Positions 45,026 to 57,618 of a stretch of DNA of 64,000 bases are shown here, in pieces. The notes under the pieces were generated by a model. It saw only the letters and a list, made by a program, of their open reading frames with translations, had not been told where the DNA came from and searched no databases. The number at the start of each line of letters is the position of its first letter. The first letter of the stretch is position 1. The DNA is from Octopus vulgaris (lineage: Eukaryota), in assembly GCA_951406725.2 (NCBI GenBank), contig OX597814.1:70618001-70682000 (forward strand), written 5' to 3'. A program made the translations under genes and the position numbers.

Positions 45026-46792
45026 TATCAGGTAATGAAGCTTACGGAGGGGGTCATAGCCCAACTGGATCAAGTAATGAAGGTTGCGGAGAGGGTCATA
45101 GCCCAACTGATTAGGGAGAGAGTCGGCTTGGATGAGATGCAGTTTGGTTTCGTGCCAGAGAAAAGCACCACCGATGCCATATTTCTGGGAAGACAGCTGC
45201 AGGAGAAATACCTAGCCAAAGATAAGCCCCTGTACCTGGCTTTCATTGACGTGGAGAAAGCTTTTGACAGGGTCGCTGCTAGTAAAGTGAGGGTTGGCAA
45301 CGAGTACACTGAAGAATTCAGGATAGACGTAGGGGTCCACCAAGGTTCAGTCCTCAGCCCCCTCCTATTTATCATAGACCTCCAGGCAATAACGGAGGAA
45401 TTCAAGACAGGAAGCCCCTGGGAGCTCCTATAAGCTGATGACCTTGCTCTAATTGCTGAGTCACTATCAGAACTAGAGGCAAAGTTTCAAGTGTGGAGAC
45501 AAGGATTAGAATCGTAGGGCCTTAGAATCAACCTAGCTAAAACCAAAGTCCTAATATGTAGGAAGGCAGGCAAACCACAAATCCCTTCAGGTAGATGGCC
45601 CTGCTCAATCTGTAGTAGAGGTGTAGGTAGAAACTCTATAAGATGTACCCAGTGTAAGCTATGGACACATAAGATGTGCAGTAATATCAAAGGGAGGCTA
45701 ACTGGGAAGATAGTTTTTGTATGTGGCAGATGCTCGAGAGCAATAAACACCGAAAATGCACTGAGACCAGCTTCCGCCTCATTCCAGGGAGAAAAACTAG
45801 AAGTAGTTGATAGCTTCCGTTACCTAGGGGACCAAATGAGTAGCAGACGAGGGTGCACTGAAAGTGTAGCTGCTAGAATAAGAATAGCTTGGGCAAAGTT
45901 CAGAGAGCTCTTACCTCTGTTGGCGACAAAGGGCCTCTTGCTCAGAGTAAAAGGTAGACTGTATGATGCTTGTGTACGAACAGCCATGCTACATGGCAGT
46001 GAAACATGGGCTGTGACTGCTGAGGACATGCGTAAGCTCGCAAGGAATGAAGCCAGTATGATCCGATGGAAGTGTAATGTCAGTGTGCATACTCAACTGA
46101 GTGTAAGTACCTTGAGAGAAAAGTTGGACCTAAGAAGCATCTGATGTGATGTGCAAGAGAAACGACTGCCCTGGTATGGTCATGTGGTGAGAATGGATGA
46201 GGACAGCTGTGTGAAAAAGTGCCACACCCTAGCGGTTGAGGGAACCTGTGGAAGCAGCAGACCCAGGAAGACCTGGGATGAAGTGGTGAAGCATGATCTT
46301 TGAACTTTAGGACTCACCAAGGAAATGACTAGTGACCAAGACCATTGGAAATATGCCATGCATGAGAAGACCTGGCAAGCCAAATGAAACCATAATCTCA
46401 TGGCCTATGCCAGGGGCGTAACCAGCCCACTTGTACGTAACCTTTTCCTTCTTTGGTCACTAAAACTCTACTTGCGAATACCTGCTGAGGCAAGTGAAAT
46501 CAAATCAAATCAATCAAAAGCAAAATTAAAATCAAATTCGATGACTGACGTCCATGCTGGCAGGGTGCAAAGAGCACCATATGAGCATGATCATTGACAG
46601 AGCGGCTAACCGGCTTCAGTGCCAGTGGCATTTAAAGGGCACCATTCGAGCATGATCATTACCAGCATCGCCTTACTGGCACTTGTGCCCGTGCTAGTAG
46701 GGTGCCAAGAGCACCATCCCAGTGTGATCATTGCCAGAGCAGCCAACTGGCGGACGTTAAACGATGATGATGATGAGGAGGAGGATGATGAT
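45026..46792 (+). mobile_element. RTE-type LINE family A, copy 5 (multiple stops and an internal deletion)
   Basis: ORFs 45035-45433 and 45674-46144; 3' UTR ending GGACGTTAAACGATGATG. Confidence 0.9.
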
Positions 46793-46939
46793 ATATGATA
46801 TGTGTGTGTGCATGTGTGTATATATATATAATATCAACCCATGCTAGCATAGAAAACGGACGCTAAACGATGATGATGATGATGATGATGATGTGTGTGT
46901 GTTTATGTATATAACATAAATAAAAGATATACATATTTA

Positions 46940-49900
46940 CAGATATTTTGTTGAATGGCCGTTGACTGCTCATGAATTCCTCAGCCCTCCTCACCAAGCA
47001 AGCCTGGTGGGGTTGCCAGTTTAGTCGCCGATGACCTGACCATGCAACAGGTTGTACTGAATTACATGTTACCAGTAGCACTTGAGAGCAACCTGACATA
47101 AATATAAACATCCTTTGAATTTTGGCTGTTGGAATGTGGGCACACTTCTTGATGATAATTTCAACAAGAGGCAGAAAGGCATACTGAACTTATTGCATGT
47201 GAGCTTAAAAAATATTCCCTTGATATAGTTGCACTCTCTGAAACTCATCTCTCTGGTGAGGGTCATGTAAACGAACCTACTTATGGATATATTATCTTTT
47301 GGAGAGGCCTACCTAAATGTCAGTGTAGAGGATCTGGTGTTGGGTTTGCTCTCAAGTATTCATTAGTATCCTCCATTGCAGAGTTTCCAAGTGGTATATC
47401 TGAATAAACCATGTCATGCTGTATTAAACTGACAAAAGGTAGGTTCCTTACCATTGTCAGTATTTATGCACCAACAATATCCCATTCTGATGAAACTGTA
47501 AGACAGTTTTATGATGATCTAGCACAATTATTGAGAAAAATACCAATTTCTGACAAGTTGGTCATACTGGGAGATTTCAAGGCAAGAGTTAGAAAGCTCT
47601 TTTGACCTTTTGTACTGAGAATAATCTGGTTGTTGTCAACACTCTGTTTAAACAGAAAAATAAATATAAAACCACCTGGATGCACCCAAGATCTAAGCAC
47701 TGACATCTCATAGATAATATTTTGATCAGAAAACATGATATGAAAGATGTTTGTAGTATTTAGGAGAGGAGCAGAGAGCTGGACTGACCACTGTCTAGTA
47801 CATGGAAAAATAAATTTTTCATTAATGCCTAAAAATCGATCGTCTGGTCCTAACATACCCAAAAAGTTAAATGTTGCAAACTTTAAATTATCAAGCAACT
47901 TGCAAAGATTCCACGATGCTATAGAAAGTATCGATCTTAACCCAAGCAATCTATGGGAAGACTTCAAAACAAAAGTATTTCAGGCTGCAAGTTCATCAGT
48001 GGGATTTAAATCACGTAAGTCCAGTGACTGGTTCTCAGATAGATCAGCAGAAATTCATGATCTACTTTTAGAAAAACAAAACTTAGGCAATACACTTCTT
48101 TCTCAGTCCTTGAACCCCAACTCAAACAAAGCTTACAGTAAGCTGAAAGCTAAGGAAGATTAAACAGGAAAGGGGGAATGATAGATCAAATGAGACACAA
48201 GAAGCAGCTGATAGAAATAATGACAAGGGTTTGTACTCTTATGTTAAGGAGGTGTATGGCCCAAAATTTTCTTCAGTAGCTCCAGCGAGAACAGCAGATG
48301 GACGTTTGCTTCAGACTGACACTACTTCTATTCATAAGTGGGTAGAACATTTTTCTGCACTTTTAAATGGATCATCATCCGCTGACATGAGGATGATAGA
48401 AAAAGTCAAACACCTTCCAGCTATAGAAGAGATGGCATTTGAACCAACTCTAAATGACATTTATTTAGCTGTGAATAAGCTGAATAACAATAAGTCTCGA
48501 GGGTCTGATGGAATCTATGCAGAAGTCTTGAAATATGGGGGTGACAAAATGTTTGAATTCTTAAATATATTAATTTGTCACTGTTGGAGAAATGAGAAAG
48601 TGCCTCAAGACTGGATCAATGCCATTTTAGTCTTCTTGTATAAATCAAGGCCAAAGAATCTGTGTGGTAAATTTTGTGAGACTTCGCTTTTGTCCGTGGT
48701 TGGAAGGTACTTGCCCGAATTCTGTTAGAACGTTTAAATACCTTCATAGTTCCAAATATAGTGTCTGAGTCTAAGTGTGGTTTTCGTTCCTCCAGGGCCA
48801 CAGCTGATTTTATCTTTACTATCAGACAATTTCAAGAAAAGTGCATTGAACAGAATTTTGCTCTATACCATTACTTTGTTGATTTGAGCAAAGCATTCAA
48901 TACTGTTAATCAAAATGCTCTGTGGCTAATTCTAAGGAAAATAGGTTGCCCAGAAAAATTTGTAAATATGATCAAGATATGAAAGCTAGAGTTAATTTTG
49001 GTGGGAAGCTCTCTGGTGGTTGGCTCTCTGAATCTCTCAAGTTACTTGATGTTGTTGATTCGTTCATCTACCTTTGAAGCTCTGTACAAAATGATGGAAA
49101 TCTTGATACAGAAATACATCTGTGAATTGAAAGGGCAGCAAAAGCATTTGGTGGCTTGGAGTCATGCGTTTGGCACCAGCAACATATAAATAACAATTCA
49201 AAGTTGGCTCTTTACAAATCATTTATCTTACCATCCTTGTTGTATTCTTGTGAAGCATGGACATGTTATGAAAGGCATTTTAAATTGTTAGAACAATTCC
49301 ACCAAAATTGCCTTCATCACATTCTAATCATTAACTGGATTTCTTTTACTCCAAACAGATATCCTTGCATTTGCAGGTATCACCTCAGTTAAAGCTCTGA
49401 TTTTGAGAAACTAAATGAGATGGTTTGGCCATATTGTTCGAATGGCAGATGAATGCATGCCCAAATAGCTGTTTTATGGTGAGCTTGCAGAGGGGAAATG
49501 CTATTGGCATAAACCTAAAAAAAGGTTCAAGGATGGCACAAGGACTACTATGATGTCACTTGGAATGGATCCAGAGGACAGAGAAACCCTTGCTTTGGAT
49601 CAAGCTGGATGGTGAACAAAAGTGTGGAGTGGAGTGAAAGTGTTTGAAGAGGCCAGGATAATGCATGCAAGACTCAAAAGAGATTTAAGGAAGAATTTTA
49701 TGATCAAGAAGGTGAATGACAATGATCTTTTTGTGTGCACAGTTTGTGACAGACCATGCTTTTCTTTTGCTGGGCTCAAATCTCATTTGCAAACCCATGG
49801 AAAACGAACCTCCACCAACTATTCTGCCTATATGTCTGTGCACACCTTTGAATGCAATGTATGCCAGCAGGTTTGCAATCAAACAGAGGCCTCAAAAGAC

Positions 49901-50090
49901 ATTTTAAGATCCACAAAGATCAGAAGTTATCTGCAGCTCTTGGTGGTCCAAATTGGATATGCAATCTATGCAGGTGTCTTTTCAGAACATTGTCTGGTTT
50001 AAAAAGCCACATCAGATGCCATGATGGTTCTAAGGTGTAGGTACAGGAGGTGGTCAAACTCTGCATAAGGAGTAGAAAACCACCACCTAT
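46940..50090 (+). mobile_element. Decayed near full-length RTE/BovB-like LINE with APE, RT remnants and three C-terminal C2H2 fingers
   Basis: LNFGCWNV..L, IVSIYAPT, ILGDF, WTDH, KSRGSDGI, CGFR, DLSKAFNTV, LLYSCEAW; CTVC..HLQTH, CNVC..HFKIH, CNLC..HIRCH. Confidence 0.85.
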
Positions 50091-50135
50091 GTGTGTGTGT
50101 GTGTGTGTGTGTTTGTGTACATATGTATATATGTA

Positions 50136-50174
<39 letters not shown>

Positions 50175-50195
50175 TGCATACATATATATGTATTC

Positions 50196-50253
50196 AAACG
50201 GCGGTGCATCAGCATGGCCGCAGCTCTGAGCTGAAAAAAAAAAAAAAAAAAAA
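50196..50253 (+). mobile_element. Isolated LINE/SINE 3' tail with poly(A)
   Basis: GGCGGTGCATCAGCATGGCCGCAGCTCTGAGCTG(A)n matches the CR1-family tail. Confidence 0.7.
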
Positions 50254-50548
50254 TGTATGTATGTATGTTTGTATGTACAAGGATGATTTAGCGATGGCTA
50301 ATGTGTTTATATTAATTTTTTATATGTACAATGCATATATGTATTTCAAATTTTTAAATATGCATTTGTGTTTGGTGGAAGCTTATCTTAAGAAGGAAAT
50401 GGTAAATAAGTGAATATGTATGTTTATTAGCATACCACTTGTCACTTTCCAAATCATTGATTAATGTATGATACCAGATGATACAAAAGCATGTTTATCT
50501 TTCTATTTGTTGTTATATTTAATTTCATCTTTTTTGTATTTAATTCAG

Positions 50549-50768
50549 TGTTCATCCTGTAAAAATAGTTATCTTGGCGAACCAACGGATGGTCACCAGT
50601 GCTACAGCCAGATGGATGTAGATTCCGACTACTGTTTTGACCCTGATGACCGCAATGCTTGTGGCAGCAACTACAAGCCATTGTTAAAAGGCCGGACTCT
50701 TTTTTATGCTGTCCAGCCTAAATATCTCAATGTTAACATCCGTATCACTATTGATGTTACCCAAGGCG
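50549..50768 (+). CDS. MEGF8: MEGF8 penultimate coding exon (end of laminin-type EGF repeat and juxtamembrane domain)
   Basis: ttcag|TGT acceptor, G|gtaagt donor; CSSCKNSYLGEPTDGHQCY...CFDP...GRTLFYAVQPKYLNVNIRITIDVTQG resembles MEGF8; phase 1 joins the next exon in frame. Confidence 0.9.
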
Positions 50769-51559
50769 GTAAGTTTTAAGCTAACATTTTTCTTTGTATT
50801 AATATGAAAGGAAAAGATTTCAATTTATTAGTTCTAAGGTATTTATGGATTATATTTGTTTGGAAGTAACTGGCTGTTTACTGTATGGATATATTTTATT
50901 GTTTGGAAAAATGGAAAGTATTAAAAATGAAGGCAAAGTTTTTATCTGTCTGAACTTTCAAAACCAGACAAAGCAATGTTAAAAGTCAGTTACCGCAGGC
51001 TATTGAATCATTTACACAAGTGAAATATCTGCTAACTGAAACCAAAATGCTTGTTCATTTTCCCCCAATTTCCCACTTGTCTTGTAGCTTTAACAAGTGT
51101 TCTCTTTTTGAAATTTCTTACTTTGACTTTATTTTACTACCCTATGAAAATATTTAATGAAGCAAAATAACTAAGAATGCAGCAACTGACAACTTGTTTT
51201 ACCTCTAGATCAGTACACATATTTGCCACCCAAAGAATAGATTATGTTAGATAAGCAGTAGACTAGAGATTGTCTAAGCTAACAAGTCAGACAATAAATT
51301 TCTCTTACAGTCAATGAAAGTACCATTTTATATGATGCCTTGAAAGGCTTTCATGTTTTCATGGAACCTGAATCAATGTACAGTTTGACATCTAATCTTC
51401 ATTACACCTTGAAGCTTGTCATTGTCTGAACAAAGATGTAAGAGTGTGGTCATAAATCTTTCTGTTATGCTAACAATCAAAACTGAAAACACAATGTACA
51501 GCTCCACTATGAACCTTCCACATCGATTTTTTTAATACCTAAATTGGAAAACAGGCTCT

Positions 51560-52200
51560 GGCTATAATCTCTGTGATATGATTGGTGCGGGTTACATTTA
51601 GCTTGAACATCTGCAGGGTAACACCTGTAGGGAAAATATGAGTGAGACAGGAATTCCATGAGGTTGATGTTCCATCAAGGAAGGATTGGGTGAAAGCCTG
51701 AGACAGGTGCTATAGCTGGAGATGGTATGCAATTACATAATTTAGAAGAGCAGAAATCATTCTAGTTGTAATAGAATAGGTAGAGTGAGGAGTCAGTAAG
51801 TCCGTAAGTTAGGGATTGTAGTGAGTTAGGAAGGAGTCTTTGTCAATGAGTTGGATGACTTTCTTTTCAGTACTGTTTAGGGTGATTGAATATGTATCAG
51901 CAGCACCATCATAGTGTTACTAGTACACATATAAGAGCACTTAAGTATATGAGGTCATATAGAAAGACCATAAGAGCTTGCAATGTCTAAAATTTGAGCA
52001 ACCTTGATGGTTTTAATTGCATATTGTTGAAGACAGACAGTTAGTGTGAGTGTGTGTGTTACAAGATTATTTCCTTGATGTAAGCAATTCGATTGCCATG
52101 ACTCGCTTATTGTAGCAGTATAGGTTTGTTGTTGGGTAAACAGGTTGCTGTTTTGTTATTTAGTCTCAGTAAAACTCTGCTCAAGAAGTCAATGATCTCA
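51560..52200 (-). mobile_element. Highly decayed LINE 3' region in the last MEGF8 intron
   Basis: Minus strand resembles the QSF..TS.SWNS...IFP...LQMFK.NV LINE C-terminal pattern. Confidence 0.4.
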
Positions 52201-52295
52201 TTTGTTTGAATTTCAATGACTATTAGTATGTCAGTGATTCAATGTCTCATCTATTTAATGTGGTAGGGTGTGATTTTGAGAGATATTTGGCTGTT

Positions 52296-52564
52296 GCACA
52301 TATGGCGTAGTGGTTAAAAACACGGGCTACTAACCCCAAGATTCTGAGTTCGATTCCAAGCAGTGACCTGAACACTGACAATCATCATCATCATCAATAA
52401 TAATAATAATAATAACATCGTAAAATACCTTAGGAATGAGAACCCAGGTTTGAAATTTCCCCAAGACACCTGAAGAAGGCTGGAGGGTATATCAGCCAAA
52501 ACGTTGTGTCAGCAACAAACAAGATGAGGACAAATATCCGTTGAATGTAAATAATGTAAATAAA
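52296..52564 (+). mobile_element. tRNA-headed SINE (family 3) containing a hammerhead fold
   Basis: A box TGGCGTAGTGG, anticodon-like arm CGGG-CTACTAA-CCC, B box GAGTTCGATTCC, (CAT/AAT)n spacer, hammerhead at 52465-52510, tail (AATGTAAAT)x2. Confidence 0.8.
52465..52510 (+). ncRNA. Minimal type I hammerhead fold with G12A substitution
   Basis: GACAC-CTGAAGA-A-GGCTG...CAGCC-AAAAC-GTT-GTGTC; palindromic AACGTT stem III. Confidence 0.65.
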
Positions 52565-52693
52565 GCAAGAAACAATGTTTTATTTAATTTTATCTGTAAT
52601 ATTTACTTTCAATGCTATAAGATCTTCATTTTGTAAAATACAATATCATTTCCTTCCAAATAAATGTTATCATAAATATTTCTTTCTGTTTAG

Positions 52694-53565
52694 GAGTTGA
52701 TGTCTACTTCTCACCTGATGATAAGACATTTGTTGTGGACCTTAACCGTGAAACATGGTTCCATGAAGTGAAACTTGATAAAAGTCTCAAATTTCAAGCT
52801 ATGTACCACGAATACATGCAATATACTCGGAATGATGTAAACTATTACTTAAGGAAAGAAGTTGCAAAAGATACCAACAAATTTATAACACTTGAACAAG
52901 CAAATACTACACTCAATGTAACTGATGTACGTTTTCGGCTTGTCATTACACTGCCTTTAGATGTACATGATTTGGAGAAATCTCAGTTTTACATAATTAT
53001 TTATGGTCGTGGTGATATAAACAGTAATACCACTTACGGAAAGTTATTTTTCCGTCAAGACCAGCCCCATATTGACTTATTTGTATTTTTCAGTGTATTT
53101 TTCTCCTGCTTTTTCCTTTTTTTGGCAATTTGTGTTTTAATATGGAAAATAAAACAAACAGTCGATGCTCAACGCAGTCGGCAGCAACGAGCACGTGAAA
53201 TGCAACACATGGCATCCAGACCATTTGCAGGTGTTTTGGTTTTGGTTGATCATGATGTTGTTTTATCAAATCCAACCACACGAAAACTCAGAGTCAATAA
53301 ACCAACAGCACGCAGTCCTCAATGCCCTGAGGTTAATTTGATGCACCAATGTTTACGTGAAGACCACTTCAGTATCTCACCAATTGCAATAGAGCCAACC
53401 GAAGATGGTATAGCTTCTGTAGCAACAGTAGTGTTTCAGCTACCCGGGGGTGGAAGTACAGCTTCTAAAGTGTGTCTGGGCTCTGCCTTGACTATGCGTA
53501 TGTGTCCTGGAACTGCAAATTTAAGAATGACAATGCGCCGCCGTCCTAGCTCATCTCTTGCTTGA
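52694..53565 (+). CDS. MEGF8: MEGF8 terminal coding exon (transmembrane helix and cytoplasmic tail)
   Basis: tttag|GA acceptor in frame; RQDQPHIDLFVFFSVFFSCFFLFLAICVLIWK, MASRPFA, IAIEPTEDGIASVATVVFQLPGG, LGSAL; TGA at 53563-53565. Confidence 0.95.
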
Positions 53566-53991
53566 TCTTGATCACAACATCTGTTACTGTCAGGTGAAAC
53601 ATTTCCATTACAGAAACTGAGTTTGAAGTCCAACAGAAAGCATGAAAAGAAAAACACACACAGTAAAATGTAAAGTAAGAAAGAGATATTTCTCAGGTGT
53701 TGGGACAAGAAAGCAAATTAACTTTCAAAGATCATTGTATTTAATGGGACTAGCCACATTAATTTATGAATTTCTCTTTTCTTTTTCATTGTACAAGTTA
53801 ATGCAATCTCAATTGGTGTGACTACTGGCCAGTATTAACTGAAAGTAAGTGATTCTGTTCACTGTGTGAAGGTTGAACTGCCAAGCTGTTTGCTGACTTT
53901 TTCTAACAGCCTCCATTAAACATTTGCTGATCATCATTATCATATTGGTATTTTGTTTTTAAAAGCAGTATGGTAACTAGACAAATAGAGA

Positions 53992-53997
53992 AATAAA
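53992..53997 (+). promoter_or_regulatory. Candidate polyadenylation signal for MEGF8 (further AATAAA motifs lie downstream)
   Basis: First AATAAA I found, ~430 nt after the stop; usage unverified. Confidence 0.3.
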
Positions 53998-54216
53998 ACA
54001 TTCTGCCAAATCCATTACAAAAGACATTGAATAATGCTTTGGAATTTGAAATATAAAACCTTCAAAACCAAAACAACCAAAATTTCTTCCTACATCACTT
54101 TTGTGTACCATGTCATTATTTCTGTATATTATTTATTGCCTTTATTTTAATTCTACTACATTTTTATTGCAGTCAAGATTGTGGAAGTATTTTCTTTGGA
54201 AATGTTATTAGTTATT

Positions 54217-54264
<48 letters not shown>

Positions 54265-57200
54265 TGGCAGGGTGAAAGAGATGGAATGAGAAAGAGAGAA
54301 TACATGTGTAAAGAGACACATTTTGAAAACACTTGAAAATGAAACAAAACAGACTGGAAAACTGACTTCAAAAGAATTCCTGAAACAAAATATGGAAATA
54401 AAAAGGAAAAATGAAATAAAATGAAATTTGGTAAAATATCTGGAAATCTGAAATATAAAGAAAATATTTTCTAACCCTTGAACTGTGGAATTTATCATGA
54501 ATATAATTTTTTGTGGAAAATTTTGGTATCCGTATCTGATATTTTATCTAATTAAATGATAATTATCAATGAGATTTAAACATTTTTCAGATTAATAGAT
54601 TAATTTCATTTTATAGGCAATATCACCTTTATTTCAAATCTTGTACGGATATTTGTCTTTAGTGCAAGGGTTGTATTTTGACTGTATATACATATAGCTT
54701 TGAAAATATTTCAGCATTCCCTTAGATTTTGATTATTGCTGCTTATAAACAGTTTTTATAAGTGTACATGCACATATTTCATTTCACACACATACATTCA
54801 CACATAAATTTCATCAATATGTATTGGTATTTTACTTATGTGTCTTTCAAAACTAATAAAAATATAGATTTAATATTTTTATGTCTGCCTGCTATTGATT
54901 TTTTTTTTTATGGGATTATTTATAAAAACATTTACATTGAAAGGTAATATACCTAAACTTCAGCAAAAAGTATTCTTAAATGATCCTGAAAAGGTTTTGA
55001 ATGTATACTTATCAGATTTGTTTAAAGACAAAGAATTTTTTAATGTAATTTTTTATGTAATTTATTTACGATTTAATGCAGAATATAAAATATAAAATTT
55101 CATAAATCATAAACTAGCTTTTCTAGTATACTGCGTTTTGAGATGTACATTTCATTGTTTAACATTCATGCATAATTTATTAATATTTTTGAATACTTGC
55201 AAAAAATTAGGTTTTGTTACTTTTCAGATATCAGATCTTTCACCTCTGGTTCTACTGAAGCCATAGAAATACCAACTGATCAATTTTTAAAAAGTGGAAT
55301 AATAAAAAAGAGGTTCAACATGTTTTTATCTAGCACTTCAGCCAGTATTGATTGAGAAAGGCCATTTATATACATTTATAACTTTAGTTGTTTGTTAGTG
55401 TAGAACATATAATTGATAATTTTTGTTATTTTGGATATGTGGATGGATATCTTATTGATGTAAGAGAAGGGCAGAGAACTGTATTTGATATATTGAGACT
55501 TGTAATATACATTATATTTTACGTAACTTGCAACATTATTTTGATATTTGTTTCTCTGAATCTGAGTTCAGTCGCAATTACAATGAAAGCAAAACTACCA
55601 ACCAGTGCCTTTAATATTTTTTTTAAATAGAGCTGCAGGCAATATTACACATTATACACTCATATTAACAAAATAGAAATGGGATATCAAAGTAAGAAAA
55701 TGTATTTGCTGATTAATTAGAAACTACTAGGGTCTCCATTGGTAAGGCTTATCATGTATCTGCACTTATTTTCACTGGCCTGACGAAGACTAATAGTTGC
55801 CTATTCGTGTAAGTTTCCTCTATCCATTCCAACAGTGCTGTTGAAGGAAAAGACTTTTTTTAAAGATTAATACACCTTGGCACAGGTGTCATCACAAGCA
55901 TTGCTGACAAGAGGCAAAAATTCAATATACATACTGCAAAGCATTTTATTTGATCCTCAATTAGTTCTACCAATCCACTGTTTTGTATTGGTACTTTTTT
56001 ATGAACCTCAAAAGGATGAAAGGCAAAATTGATCTTGGCAAGATTTGAACTCAAAGCACAGAGAATCAAAATAATATCACATGGCATTCTAGCCAGTGCT
56101 CTAACAAATCCAGTTTACCACCTTTAGTTAGATGCAATTTCTCATTAGTAATGTTTATTTAAAAGAATCATGAACAATGTATGTTCTCTTCATTTGATTT
56201 TACTACAGTTTGAAAAAATGGAATATATGCTTTAAGAATATTAGATTTTGATTATTGCTATTTATATACAACTTTTATAAGTGTTCATGCTCATATTTCA
56301 TTTTAAAATCAATTTTTTGCCAAGAACAAATCTTTTATTACTACTTTTATTCATTATATATTCCATATTCAATTATTTAGGTAGACAATAGAACAGATAA
56401 CGAAAATATGAAATGCTTCAAAACACCAATGTTCTACATTTCTATTGGCAAGCATTTTTAAATATATAATTATATTTATTGATCCCTTTCATTAATATAT
56501 TTCCTCATAAATTTCCTTTGCAACAGTTTATTATTTTTTTCTAAAATAACTTTCAACCAGTTTATATGTTGAACTGTTTGTTTTTGTTTTGTTAATGATA
56601 TTTTAGAATCATTTCAAGAGTGAAAGACAATCTCTATCTTAATATTCTAAAATCAATGGTTACATTTTTGCTGATACATAAACAAAGGGTGGGGGAGAGA
56701 GAAAGAGCAGTGCTAACAACAATCATTATTGGCATGGTCATCATTTTTCATATATGGTGTAAATAAATTTGGCTGTCAACTTTGATGAATTTCCTCACTT
56801 TTTTCTTCTTTTTTAAAATTTTTCCTTGAGGCAGTTTCAATTAGCTTTCAAATACATTGTTGTAGGTTATTTTTTACCTGAGATGTTGGTGTAAATTTAT
56901 TAAAGAGAAAATACTTGGATAGAAATTTAGATAAATTGTTTAGTAAAGATACTCATTCCATGTTATCTAAAGCAAAAATTCTTTTATGATTCATAAATTT
57001 TTTAAATGCTTTAGGAATTAACATGTTGAAAGTTAATTCAATATTGAATTACAAACTGCATACTCATTACTTCAAAAGGAAGAATCTTATTTTAACATTG
57101 ACTTTTTCCATGCTAAAATTTGTGAAATTAGACTTATTAAGGTAGTATTCTATACAGAGATACTTCTATAGTTGCCAACCTTCACTTATTTCCATGTAAA

Positions 57201-57429
57201 GTACTTATTCTGATCTTTTGAATGATACAATGGCCCAGCTTGTTTTAGAAGCAAACGTAAAGGATGACAGTGCCTAATATGTTAAAGTTTTTACACAATG
57301 TAATGTCAAGACATGGGAAGCTGTGCATGTGACTGTGCACATGCACACATGCATACAAACAAATGCATAAACATGCACACATGAACATGTGTGCACACAC
57401 AGATGCATACTGTCACACGGACATATACA

Positions 57430-57576
57430 CACAACGGTCTTCTTTCAGTTTTCAACTATCACATTCATTCACAAGGCTTTGGTTGGCCCGATACTTTCCC
57501 AAGGAGCCACACAGTGGAACTGAACTCAGAACCATGTGGTTGGGAAACAAGCTTTTTACTACACAGTCATGCTTTG

Positions 57577-57578
<2 letters not shown>
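57430..57578 (-). mobile_element. SINE family 1, tRNA-derived 5' half (decayed)
   Basis: Similar to 17860-18016 (CCACATGGTTCTGAGTTCAGTTCCACTG). Confidence 0.75.

Positions 57579-57618
<40 letters not shown>

Noticed and set aside
55775-55810. CTGACGA hammerhead-like core
   Set aside because: No GAAA/UH half follows the short stem
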